From a virus (taxonomy: Duplodnaviria; Caudoviricetes): DNA of 26,157 bases. Location of the stretch: positions 1 to 26,157 of the IMG/VR virus record IMGVR_UViG_3300035527_000120. One strand, written 5' to 3'. The notes beneath the pieces were generated by a model. That model saw only the letters and a program-made list of their open reading frames with translations, made no database searches and was not told the DNA's origin. Below, in pieces: positions 9,489-18,254 of this stretch. The translations under genes were made by a program, and so were the position numbers. Every line of letters begins with the position of its first letter. Within the stretch, counting starts at the first letter, position 1.

Positions 9489-10352
9489 TTACCCTATTTT
9501 GTCGCCAATTTTACCTAATTCTTCCCAAAAAAGGAAGTGAGCCCGCATCGTTTTTTCTCTAAAAGTCTTATAATCCCAACCATAAGACATTGCGCCAACC
9601 CGTTCATTTACTATCAACTTACATCCACAAAGGTATGCTTCACCCACAGCCCGCCCAAAAGATTCCTGATGAACCGGAATATGAATAAAATAAGCATACT
9701 TATTATAATTATTATATATTCCTTCTTTAGGAACATACCCGATTAAATTACAGTTCTTTAATGCCCGCAATTGCCGTAATAAAATACCACAATTTCGCTT
9801 ATAATAAAAATCAAAAATTAATTCAGGATGCTTCTTAGCATAATTAATAATATCATCCACACCCTTTCCCTGATGGATATTCCCAACAAACATAATCTTA
9901 TTCACCCGCTTCTGACCATTATCATAAAACGTATAAGGAATATGCGGTGGAACCAATAAAATATTATCCTCCTCAGAAATGAATTTCTTAAAACAGTCCC
10001 GATGCAATGGTGATAAAAATACTGCTGCTTCTGCGTTCTTAATCATATCTTGATTTTTTTCTAAAACCCTAATCCATCTACCCGAATCATGGGAATATAC
10101 CACATAAGGTTTCTCTGCCATTATTCTTTGTCTGGCTGGTTGAGGAAACTCATAACAGTTACTAAAAATAACCAAGTCACTTTTGTCTAACACATTAGAT
10201 CTTAAATCACATGGGCGACACACTTGAATATCATAACCCAATTGTTTTCCGGCCTGAATTACATAAGAGTCTGTTATCTCTGCGCCTCCCGCAGAAACCT
10301 CGGCGACCGTATAATCCGTAAGCCATAAAATTCTCCGACCCGCTAATTTCAT
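9489..10352 (-). CDS. Glycosyltransferase, GT4/GT-B family
   Basis: GGAEIT N-terminal motif, FVGNIHQGKG, and ESFGRAVGEAYLCG (E-x7-E signature). Confidence 0.9.
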   Translation of the reverse strand: MKLAGRRILWLTDYTVAEVSAGGAEITDSYVIQAGKQLGYDIQVCRPCDLRSNVLDKSDLVIFSNCYEFPQPARQRIMAEKPYVVYSHDSGRWIRVLEKNQDMIKNAEAAVFLSPLHRDCFKKFISEEDNILLVPPHIPYTFYDNGQKRVNKIMFVGNIHQGKGVDDIINYAKKHPELIFDFYYKRNCGILLRQLRALKNCNLIGYVPKEGIYNNYNKYAYFIHIPVHQESFGRAVGEAYLCGCKLIVNERVGAMSYGWDYKTFREKTMRAHFLFWEELGKIGDKIG

Positions 10353-10849
10353 TTCAATTTCTCCAAAATAACTTTATGGTTATAAAGACCAACTTCAGGA
10401 AAGTAATCTACGATTTTTAAATTTAACTTCTCCGCCATAAACTCAAAAAACTCCGGGGTTAAACAAACAAAATGATAATTAGATGGATAATCTTGTCCAC
10501 CAAATATTAACCGTGAAAACCGTGTTGTAGAATCTCCCTTATGTCTATTTATGATTTCATTTCTATCTGCATAAATTCTATCAATACTCGGAACCTGAAA
10601 CTCAATTTGTCCACCAATTTTTAAACAGCGTACCCACTCAGTAAAAACATCTTTTACTTTTGTATGAGAAAAATGCTCTAATACATCATGGGCCAGAATA
10701 TAATCAATAGTGTTAGTTTCAAATGCGGATAAGTCAGAAATATCCATACACATATCCGGGTTTACTTCTGGCCGAATATCAATATTGATAAAATCATCTA
10801 ACCGAATCTCTCCACAACCAAGATGTAATTTCTTCATCATAAACCTCAT
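10349..10849 (-). CDS. Class I SAM-dependent methyltransferase (Methyltransf_11-like)
   Basis: KLHLGCG, INIDI, AHDVLEHF, EWVRCLKIGG motifs; true start may be 10840 or 10837. Confidence 0.85.
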   Translation of the reverse strand: MRFMMKKLHLGCGEIRLDDFINIDIRPEVNPDMCMDISDLSAFETNTIDYILAHDVLEHFSHTKVKDVFTEWVRCLKIGGQIEFQVPSIDRIYADRNEIINRHKGDSTTRFSRLIFGGQDYPSNYHFVCLTPEFFEFMAEKLNLKIVDYFPEVGLYNHKVILEKLK

Positions 10850-11871
10850 TTATTAAAATATTTATTTCGTAACAATGTAGAACTAATTCCTTTTGTTCTA
10901 TTCAAATAAACCACAGGCACTCCGAGCCCTTCACCAGTAAATGTTTCTGGTGTCCAATCATTTCCGACAAAAATAACATCTGGCTGGTATTTTTCAACCA
11001 ACTCTTTCTTACCACAAGATAAACTTTGAACATCTACCACATCCACATATTTTATTGACTTTAAAATTTCAAGTCTATCTACTAAAGGTACCACAGAATT
11101 ATGTCCTTTAATTTTTTTAATGTATCTATCATCACTAACACAAACTATTAACCGAGTGCATAGAAGGCTCGCTTGTTTTAGTATGTTTAAATGACCTATA
11201 TGCCATAATTCAAAACTCCCAAAAGTGATACCTATTTTAAATTTTTTAAATGTATCTTTCTTTTTAGCATTACAAGAAATACATAAAGGTTGAATATTTG
11301 AAATATAATCATTTCCTCCCACAGATAAGGGAATAATATGGTCTTTAGTTAATTTGTGAAATGCAGGTCTCCCATAGACCTTAGATAAATCAGACTCATG
11401 TATACCACAAACAGCACACCGATAATTATATTTCTCTAATAATTTATTCCATTCTTTATTGGTATGAAAACCGATTACACCTTTCTTAATTAAAGCTCTT
11501 TTTCTATTATGAGAATAAATTAATTCTTTGTGTTCTTTCCTCCATAAAGCAATCTTTTGTTTTCCCTTTTTAGACTTAGCCCATTTCTTTGATTTTTCTA
11601 ACTGTCTAAAATAATACTCCGTTTTATTTTTACTGGCTTTTCTTTTAAATTCCCTATCATAATTCTTATAATATTCTCGTAATTTCTGACTTTTTCTATC
11701 TTTAATATATTGAACTTCTCGTTTCCATTTTAATCGTCTTTTATAAGAACAACCAACTTTATCTTTACGACTACCACAATACTTATGTCTTGGAGAATTA
11801 GCCATAAATTCTTTACCACAAGCTAAACAAATTTGTTTTCTCGGATAACCCCGCATGTTATACTTTGTCAT
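10846..11871 (-). CDS. Fusion: N-terminal HNH endonuclease + C-terminal TagD-like (glycerol-3-phosphate) cytidylyltransferase
   Basis: CAVCG...LTKDHIIPLSVGG...NIQPLCISCNAKK (HNH) followed in frame by GITFGSFELWHIGHLNIL...VGNDW...RTKGISST (HxGH cytidylyltransferase). Confidence 0.85.
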   Translation of the reverse strand: MTKYNMRGYPRKQICLACGKEFMANSPRHKYCGSRKDKVGCSYKRRLKWKREVQYIKDRKSQKLREYYKNYDREFKRKASKNKTEYYFRQLEKSKKWAKSKKGKQKIALWRKEHKELIYSHNRKRALIKKGVIGFHTNKEWNKLLEKYNYRCAVCGIHESDLSKVYGRPAFHKLTKDHIIPLSVGGNDYISNIQPLCISCNAKKKDTFKKFKIGITFGSFELWHIGHLNILKQASLLCTRLIVCVSDDRYIKKIKGHNSVVPLVDRLEILKSIKYVDVVDVQSLSCGKKELVEKYQPDVIFVGNDWTPETFTGEGLGVPVVYLNRTKGISSTLLRNKYFNK

Positions 11872-12559
11872 TACAATACTCCGATAATTTATCCTTAATC
11901 AAATTAATTTCATCCTGATTCTCATAAAAATGGTGCCATAAAACAGACTTCTCTTTTGGATAGGGAGCATACTTTGGTTTAGCCGGATACTTTGAAATAT
12001 CAAAACCTGCCAGCTTAACAATTCTCTGTTTCTCTACCTCATCCAAAATAAAGTCTTCAAAGCTAACAATATAAATCGCATCCCTATTCTTTCTTAATTT
12101 TGAAAAATAATTGGAAAATGTTTCTCTCTGTGTTCGGTATTCCTCAATAAATTTTTCTACACTGATTTCCCAACCATATTCAAGACAAAGTTCTCGGCGT
12201 CTTAACCATGTTGATCTTGGGTCTCTCATCACACAGAAAACCAATGTATTATCCAGCAACTCAACTCCGGGTAATGTTAAACAAGTCACCACATTATTCA
12301 GCAACAATATTGAGCCATCCAGCTTATCTTGAAATCTTTTCTCAGACTCTTCTTTGATCCGTTGATTCAAAATCTGTTTATACTTTTCAGAATTATTGAA
12401 ACCTTCTTTCTTCCATTTAGGGAATAACCCTCTCCGCCAAACCTTTGGTAATTCAGTTATCATACCACAAGTATTATCAAAACACCTAAAATAATCAAAC
12501 AGGGCGGATGACCCAGATGATGTTGTTCCAGCAAAAAGTATTTGTCGTTTTGGTTCCAT
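11858..12559 (-). CDS. Sulfotransferase-like protein
   Basis: ILFAGTTSSGSSAL (5'-PSB-like loop), VMRDPRS (3'-PB motif), IVSFEDF. Confidence 0.7.
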   Translation of the reverse strand: MEPKRQILFAGTTSSGSSALFDYFRCFDNTCGMITELPKVWRRGLFPKWKKEGFNNSEKYKQILNQRIKEESEKRFQDKLDGSILLLNNVVTCLTLPGVELLDNTLVFCVMRDPRSTWLRRRELCLEYGWEISVEKFIEEYRTQRETFSNYFSKLRKNRDAIYIVSFEDFILDEVEKQRIVKLAGFDISKYPAKPKYAPYPKEKSVLWHHFYENQDEINLIKDKLSEYCNDKV

Positions 12560-13173
12560 TATTTTACTTTCCTAAACTTTAAAATACGATGATGACGACG
12601 AGGAATTTCTCGTTCCAATTCAAAACCTTGAGGCTTAAATAACTTTAAATATGTCTTCCGGGTTCTTCTGTTGATATAAGGAAAATCTCCCCGGTATACA
12701 ATTTCACCATCTCCCACTTGTTCATTCATATAAACGCATCCACCAATCGGCAATATTTCAGAAAATCTTTTAACGAGCTTCGCTACGTATTTATCATCAG
12801 TAATATGCTGAATAACCACAGAGGTAAAAATAGCATCTGCCCTTAAAGAAACCTTCCAAAAATCCTCCACAGTATAAAATATTCTGGTCTTTGGGATCTT
12901 CCTTACAATATCTACACCGATGTAATTATCAAAAAATTTATTCAATAGATCTTCAAATCGACCAATACCACACCCGAAATCTATCACCGTTTCAGCCTTT
13001 TCAATAACACAAGAAAAACAATCCTTAATGTGCTGAGTATCAGTTTCATACTCCTTTAAAGGCGCAGACATTCTACCAACAACATGACGTTCTTCTCCCT
13101 TGAACTTCTCATATTTAGTCTGCCAAAATTGGCTCATCTTTTTTTGATATGTATTAAACTTTGCTTTGTCCAT
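12559..13173 (-). CDS. Class I SAM-dependent methyltransferase
   Basis: VIDFGCGIGR, YIGVDI, FTSVVIQHI, ILPIGG; start reassigned to ATG 13173 directly after the upstream stop. Confidence 0.85.
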   Translation of the reverse strand: MDKAKFNTYQKKMSQFWQTKYEKFKGEERHVVGRMSAPLKEYETDTQHIKDCFSCVIEKAETVIDFGCGIGRFEDLLNKFFDNYIGVDIVRKIPKTRIFYTVEDFWKVSLRADAIFTSVVIQHITDDKYVAKLVKRFSEILPIGGCVYMNEQVGDGEIVYRGDFPYINRRTRKTYLKLFKPQGFELEREIPRRHHRILKFRKVK

Positions 13174-13174
13174 T

Positions 13175-13909
13175 TTACCACCCAAAATTCTTACCAATTA
13201 ATTTATATAACTTTTGATTTTCAGAATCAAAAATATTTTTCAATAGTTGAGTAACTTCTTTGGTTCTTGGTACAGCATACTTTAATTGATGATGTTTTGG
13301 GTAAACTTTTAAATCCACCCTATTTAATCCTAAAAACTGAAATACTTCATTACAAATCTTTTTAGAATTTATACTTAATTCATTACTATCAATAATTAGA
13401 AACTGACCCTTGTCGTAATACTTAAGCCACTGAATCAAATTTCTATAATAAAGACTGTGCCAAATAAAAGTCGTTTTACCGGGCTGAGTAAAACCATTCG
13501 CTTGTAATTCCCTTAACTCATCATCTAAATACTCCTTAAAAGATCGCTTATGTTTCTCTGGATACTTTACAACTGCATGATTAAAATGAGAATAAGCTCT
13601 ATCAATTGGATTCCTAAAACAAAGAATAAATTTAGGATTGATTTTAGATTCTTTCAGCCTCGGAATTACTTTTTTAGCCCGGCAAAAATATTGAACGCAG
13701 GCTTCACCCGTAATTTCACCTTCAGCACATCTGGGGAATAAAGACCGATAATACTTGATTCCTTTCCTTGTATAATCTTCTCGATAGAAAAAGTGTAACT
13801 CCTTTTGTTTAGCCGATAAAATTTTTGGGTGTTGTATTAAATATTGATACAACGCTGTCGTTCCACACTTCATTTCACCCAAGATTAAAAAATCTGGTTT
13901 GGAGCCCAT
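13175..13909 (-). CDS. PAPS-dependent sulfotransferase (Sulfotransfer_1; motifs like heparan-sulfate-type sulfotransferases)
   Basis: PDFLILGEMKCGTTAL (5'-PSB), KELHFF, FRNPIDRAYSHF (3'-PB), EVFQFLGL. Confidence 0.9.
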   Translation of the reverse strand: MGSKPDFLILGEMKCGTTALYQYLIQHPKILSAKQKELHFFYREDYTRKGIKYYRSLFPRCAEGEITGEACVQYFCRAKKVIPRLKESKINPKFILCFRNPIDRAYSHFNHAVVKYPEKHKRSFKEYLDDELRELQANGFTQPGKTTFIWHSLYYRNLIQWLKYYDKGQFLIIDSNELSINSKKICNEVFQFLGLNRVDLKVYPKHHQLKYAVPRTKEVTQLLKNIFDSENQKLYKLIGKNFGW

Positions 13910-14661
13910 TAAACTAATCCTCGCCTATCTAAATATTCTAATACTGTATCAACACTGTCTGAGACCGCTTCTGTTCCAGTTGAAACCACAACCTGTGGAT
14001 TCATGGGCCTCTCATACGGAGCATCAAAACCAGTAAAACCTTTTATCTTTCCTTTTTTAGCCTGCTTCCACATACCTTTAACATCTCTTCGAGCACACTC
14101 TTCAGGAGTACAGGCCACATAAACTTCGATAAAATTTCCACCAATCTCACGACGAACATCATTTCTGTCTTTCTGGTAAGGTGAAACAAAACTACAAAGA
14201 ACCACAGTTTTATTTCTGCTTAATAATTTGGAAACAAAGGCAATCCTGGCTAAATTTTTCTTCCGATCTTCGGCACTAAATCCCAGATCAGAACAAAGAC
14301 TTTTACGGACAATATCACCATCTAATCTCTCAACACACTTCCCTCTCAATCTTAAGCGTTCAGCCAGTGCATCAGCAATGGTACTCTTACCCGAACAAGG
14401 TAATCCCGTAAACCACACCACACAACCCTCTGTCTGAACGGTCGTATCAAACTTTAAAGAAAATAAACATTCATAAATATAATACAATAGCATATTCACC
14501 ATGTTCCAAAGAATAGAAATGTTCAAGGCCCCTGAAAAATCATTAACAGAAAAGTGCGTCAAATATGCTTTAGTAAAGATAGCCTGAATAAAAATAATTG
14601 CTACCCGATACAAAAGAGTTTTACTAAAAACTATTTTATGATTGATTTTTCTTTTGTTCAT
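13909..14661 (-). CDS. cysC: Adenylyl-sulfate (APS) kinase with N-terminal hydrophobic DUF2061-like domain
   Basis: VWFTGLPCSGKSTIA, LDGDIVR, DLGFSAEDRKKN, FVSPY, RDVKG, FTGFDAPYERP; N-terminal SKTLLYR...YYIYE hydrophobic segment. Confidence 0.93.
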   Translation of the reverse strand: MNKRKINHKIVFSKTLLYRVAIIFIQAIFTKAYLTHFSVNDFSGALNISILWNMVNMLLYYIYECLFSLKFDTTVQTEGCVVWFTGLPCSGKSTIADALAERLRLRGKCVERLDGDIVRKSLCSDLGFSAEDRKKNLARIAFVSKLLSRNKTVVLCSFVSPYQKDRNDVRREIGGNFIEVYVACTPEECARRDVKGMWKQAKKGKIKGFTGFDAPYERPMNPQVVVSTGTEAVSDSVDTVLEYLDRRGLV

Positions 14662-15010
14662 TTTTCTTCCTCATCTTAGTACCACTGATTGACTCAAGAT
14701 TTTCTGACAACCTTACCTCCCGGATTTTCCAACCCGGTGTTCGACCATAAACAACCTCAACCACATCTGGTAAGTCAATAATCTTAACAGAACCTCTCAT
14801 AATCTCTCGCTTAAAAATATTCTCAAATGCAATACGTCGATCAATTGAGGTATATGGATTCTTTTCAGAGAGGTCTGCTTCTCTCAATGCGATACAAACA
14901 TTCTTACCTTCTCGCAACAAAGTCCGAATCAATTCAACATGACCATCATGCGGAGGAATACACTGGAATCTTCCAATCACCAAAGAATATTCTTTATGAT
15001 TCAACTTCAC
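14636..15010 (-). CDS. Small HxGH nucleotidyltransferase (NMNAT/cytidylyltransferase-like; candidate minimal sulfate adenylyltransferase)
   Basis: IGRFQCIPPHDGH, KNPY, VVYGR, ISGTKMR; likely GTG start at 15010 after GGAGG; overlaps the start of cysC. Confidence 0.75.
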   Translation of the reverse strand: MKLNHKEYSLVIGRFQCIPPHDGHVELIRTLLREGKNVCIALREADLSEKNPYTSIDRRIAFENIFKREIMRGSVKIIDLPDVVEVVYGRTPGWKIREVRLSENLESISGTKMRKKNEQKKNQS

Positions 15011-15797
15011 GATAGCCCTCCGTTTCTTCACCCTTACCTTTAAGATGCAGCCTATAAATATCATCCACAGCTAACGCTGCCTCAAATATCACATTGTTCT
15101 GAAAAAATTTATTAATAAATTTACAATCCTTTGGGAGACACTTTCCGCCAATTCCATTGCGGGCCTCTTTCAAATCAATATTCCATTTAGTATTCATAGC
15201 AGCCCTTAAATGATCGAAAGAAATTCCTTTCTCTTCACACATCATTTTTATCTCTTCTGCAATAGCAATCTCAATATAACGATATGCGTTCTCCAACGGT
15301 TTTGATAACTCAGCAATTTCCGGTTCAACAATAAATAATCTTTTATTTGAAATGAACTCTCCATAAAAAGAAAGAGCCTTCATTAATGCCTCTTCATCAT
15401 AGGCACTGATGAGTCTATTAAGATTAAACACATGATGCTCAGGATCTTTTGGATTATACCTATGCGGAAATAAAACCAATTTAATCCCCGGATAATCCTC
15501 CACCATCTTTTTTGTCTCACCCGGTTGAAGAGTCGATTCAATTACAACCAAAGGTTTACGTTTTAAATTAATTTGAGATATAACATCTCTAATTTGCTGA
15601 GGCGTATAAACAGAAATAATATAAACATCTGCCTCTGATGGGATTACCTTTCCAATCTGATATTTTCCGTCAGGATTAATTTCTTTAATACGAGAATCCA
15701 AAACCTCTACACCAATCATCTCGTGATTTTTAGATTTTGAAATCTCCTTAAAAGTTTCCCAACCAATCTCACCTAATCCAATGACACAAACTTTCAT
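14994..15797 (-). CDS. UDP-glucose/GDP-mannose dehydrogenase family NDP-sugar 6-dehydrogenase (short, lacks C-terminal domain)
   Basis: VIGLGEIG Rossmann motif, IESTLQPG, AELSKPLENAYR, GIGGKCLPKD catalytic Cys; only 267 aa. Confidence 0.88.
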   Translation of the reverse strand: MKVCVIGLGEIGWETFKEISKSKNHEMIGVEVLDSRIKEINPDGKYQIGKVIPSEADVYIISVYTPQQIRDVISQINLKRKPLVVIESTLQPGETKKMVEDYPGIKLVLFPHRYNPKDPEHHVFNLNRLISAYDEEALMKALSFYGEFISNKRLFIVEPEIAELSKPLENAYRYIEIAIAEEIKMMCEEKGISFDHLRAAMNTKWNIDLKEARNGIGGKCLPKDCKFINKFFQNNVIFEAALAVDDIYRLHLKGKGEETEGYREVES

Positions 15798-18168
15798 TTT
15801 TTAATCCTTTCAAAATATTACAATAAACTTGATGAACAGAAATTTTATCTATATTCACACAGGTCTTATGGCCTTCTTTACACTTACTGCTCCATCCATG
15901 AACACGCCACCAACAGGAGGGACAATCTCCGTGATAAATATTTATATTATCTCGATAACTGTATAATGTTGGCGTGGTCGGGCCGAATAAAACTACACTC
16001 TTAATTCCTACGGCATGTGCAAGATGAACAAGGCCACCCTCATTACTAACATGTAAATCGCTTTGTTTTAAAACATACATCAAATCAATAAGATTTTCAC
16101 ACTTTATTTTTCTGGCCCCAGATAAATCAGTATCTTTTTCATTTCCCAACTGAATAATCTCATAACCCTTTTTCTTTAAAAGCTCAATTAACTCTTCCCA
16201 CTTTTCATTAGGCCATAATTTTAAAACACCAACATTCTGGTCACAACCTGAACTTACTGTGATATACTTATCTGGTAAATTATATTTATTTTTCAAAACA
16301 GTTTCCACATCTGGTTTATCAATTAAAGGAATCTTTAAATCTTCAGCAGTTAATTCTAAATCCGTTTTGTGTGCGTAATATTGAAAGGTTTGTCCATTCC
16401 AGTTTTCTAAAATATGCCCGGTAGATTTTTGCCAATTATTATAGAGCTCTTCATCCAACTCTCTCTGTAAAGATTTATCATAGTTATACCAAACATAAGG
16501 ATATGGTCTAAACTCATAAATAACATCATAATAATCTTTAATGCTATCAAAAGTTTTCTTCCAACTTAAACGAGAATATTGTGCTCGAATATCAGGATAG
16601 TCAAAAATAAAAGCCTGTACCTGACTAATATCCCGCACAAACGCATCAATCTGACATCCGGGATATTTTCTTTTCATAGCCCGACACAAATAACCCAACA
16701 TTACCGCATCTCCCATACCACCCATCCAAAATGCTGCTATCTTTTTGGAGGGATCTGGTTTAATCTTGACTACTTTGGCCGGAAGATCTTCTTCGCAAAT
16801 CTTTTCTGGTGGGGCCGGGATATATTCAGATTCCGAAACCTTAATCCTCTCAGATTCTTTCTGTGCTCTTAATCTAAAAAATTCATCAACATCTTTATAA
16901 ACCTGATCCCAATTATGGTACGTATAACAAGATTTATCGTGGCACTTCCATTCCTTTGAGCATACAAACTGCTTTGCTACACAAGGAAAACAACTGACAT
17001 TCGGCGTATACGTCGTACAATTTTTATACGTGCTGCATCTCCATTCAGGCTTAAAATAATTCATTAAACAGAAAGTTGTTTTATTGAACGCTCCCGCAAC
17101 ATGTAAAAAAGATGTGTCCACAGTCACAACGCAATCCATTAACGAAACCAAGGCAAACATTTCTCTCAATTCTAATTTTTTATTCAGGTCAATACAATTT
17201 GTATATGAGCGTCTACGATTAGAGGTAACAAAAACTGTATAACCTCTGGCCTTTAATTTATTAATTACTTCTTGAGTTATATCACTCGGAAGTTTTGAGT
17301 CCACTCTGGCACTATCATAACCAAGAAAAATTTTCTTTTGATAAGGAGCCCATTTTCTCTGAGCATTATTTTGTTCATCCTTTGTTAAAATAATCTCCGG
17401 CCTATCTATAACCAAATCCTCTGGCCGAAGTCCACATAATTCTGCCACCGAATAAATACGGTTTTGTTTATTAAAATCTTGTCGATAATCATTTAAAAGT
17501 TGTCCAAAATTTAGATAGATAACTTTTTTGAATCTGGAAATATCTACTTCATTCCTCCGGGAATAAAAGCCTTTAATGTAAGGTAAATTATGATAACACG
17601 GATTCCTATGCTCATCACAGAGCACATAAACATTATTGCCTCTCTCAGCCAATGTTTTTAAAGAAGGAATAGTTAAAAGATGATCGCCCACACCGCCAAA
17701 AACCTCGACGAGAATATTATCTTTATTCTTTTCATAATTATCAGATAAACGACTTAAGTCTCTATCTTTACGGATAATAGGGATAAAATATTTTGTAAAA
17801 CTGGAAAACGCCTCAGCTAATTTATTTGCGCTCCGGGTAGCATAAACAGAGGCGAATTGAAGCGGGTTCATAAAAAGCGTATGAATAAACCATTTATCTG
17901 GGGTTTCTAAGTAGTGGATATGCGGGTCGATAACAGGATCTTCTGGCATCTTATCACAAACATAAACAACACCAAGATCATTTTTTATTGCGGAGTGAAT
18001 AATCGAAGGCATACGTGGGCCGTCATGCAAATGACTTATAAAAGCCACAATGACAGACTTCCCTTGTGGGGACGGAATAATATATCCTTTTTGTTTCTGG
18101 AAATTTTCTTTCCCGGGATTGGGAACGAAGGTAAGAATTTCATCACTAATTAAACGAATTGCAGCCAT
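15769..18168 (-). CDS. Tandem double GT9 (heptosyltransferase-like) glycosyltransferase with extra N-terminal domain
   Basis: Two GT9 modules: GGVGDHLLTIP...VDTSFLHVAGAF...CFPC and GGMGDAVM...NEGGLVHLAHAVGIKSVVLFGPT...CPSCW; ATG 18168 after GGAGG. Confidence 0.88.
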   Translation of the reverse strand: MAAIRLISDEILTFVPNPGKENFQKQKGYIIPSPQGKSVIVAFISHLHDGPRMPSIIHSAIKNDLGVVYVCDKMPEDPVIDPHIHYLETPDKWFIHTLFMNPLQFASVYATRSANKLAEAFSSFTKYFIPIIRKDRDLSRLSDNYEKNKDNILVEVFGGVGDHLLTIPSLKTLAERGNNVYVLCDEHRNPCYHNLPYIKGFYSRRNEVDISRFKKVIYLNFGQLLNDYRQDFNKQNRIYSVAELCGLRPEDLVIDRPEIILTKDEQNNAQRKWAPYQKKIFLGYDSARVDSKLPSDITQEVINKLKARGYTVFVTSNRRRSYTNCIDLNKKLELREMFALVSLMDCVVTVDTSFLHVAGAFNKTTFCLMNYFKPEWRCSTYKNCTTYTPNVSCFPCVAKQFVCSKEWKCHDKSCYTYHNWDQVYKDVDEFFRLRAQKESERIKVSESEYIPAPPEKICEEDLPAKVVKIKPDPSKKIAAFWMGGMGDAVMLGYLCRAMKRKYPGCQIDAFVRDISQVQAFIFDYPDIRAQYSRLSWKKTFDSIKDYYDVIYEFRPYPYVWYNYDKSLQRELDEELYNNWQKSTGHILENWNGQTFQYYAHKTDLELTAEDLKIPLIDKPDVETVLKNKYNLPDKYITVSSGCDQNVGVLKLWPNEKWEELIELLKKKGYEIIQLGNEKDTDLSGARKIKCENLIDLMYVLKQSDLHVSNEGGLVHLAHAVGIKSVVLFGPTTPTLYSYRDNINIYHGDCPSCWWRVHGWSSKCKEGHKTCVNIDKISVHQVYCNILKGLKNESLCHWIR

Positions 18169-18208
18169 CAATTTCCTCCATCAATTTATTGAGGTCAAGT
18201 TTCAAGGT

Positions 18209-18238
18209 AAAACGGGTAGGGGATAAAACCCCTACCCG
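18209..18238 (-). terminator. Intrinsic terminator after major capsid gene
   Basis: 10-bp stem CGGGTAGGGG/CCCCTACCCG (18213-18222/18229-18238), 6-nt loop, followed on the minus strand by a short UUUU tract. Confidence 0.8.
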
Positions 18239-18254
18239 ACTAATTTCATCAAGA

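Noticed and set aside
10846-11871. Intein explanation for the HNH fusion
   Set aside because: No N-terminal Cys/Ser splice block or C-terminal His-Asn followed by Cys/Ser/Thr at the domain boundary.
9489-18168. Cassette as a captured host LPS locus or serotype-conversion module
   Set aside because: Co-oriented and embedded in the late operon, with no flippase, polymerase or Gtr membrane proteins and no visible mobile-element ends. Considered less likely but not disproved.
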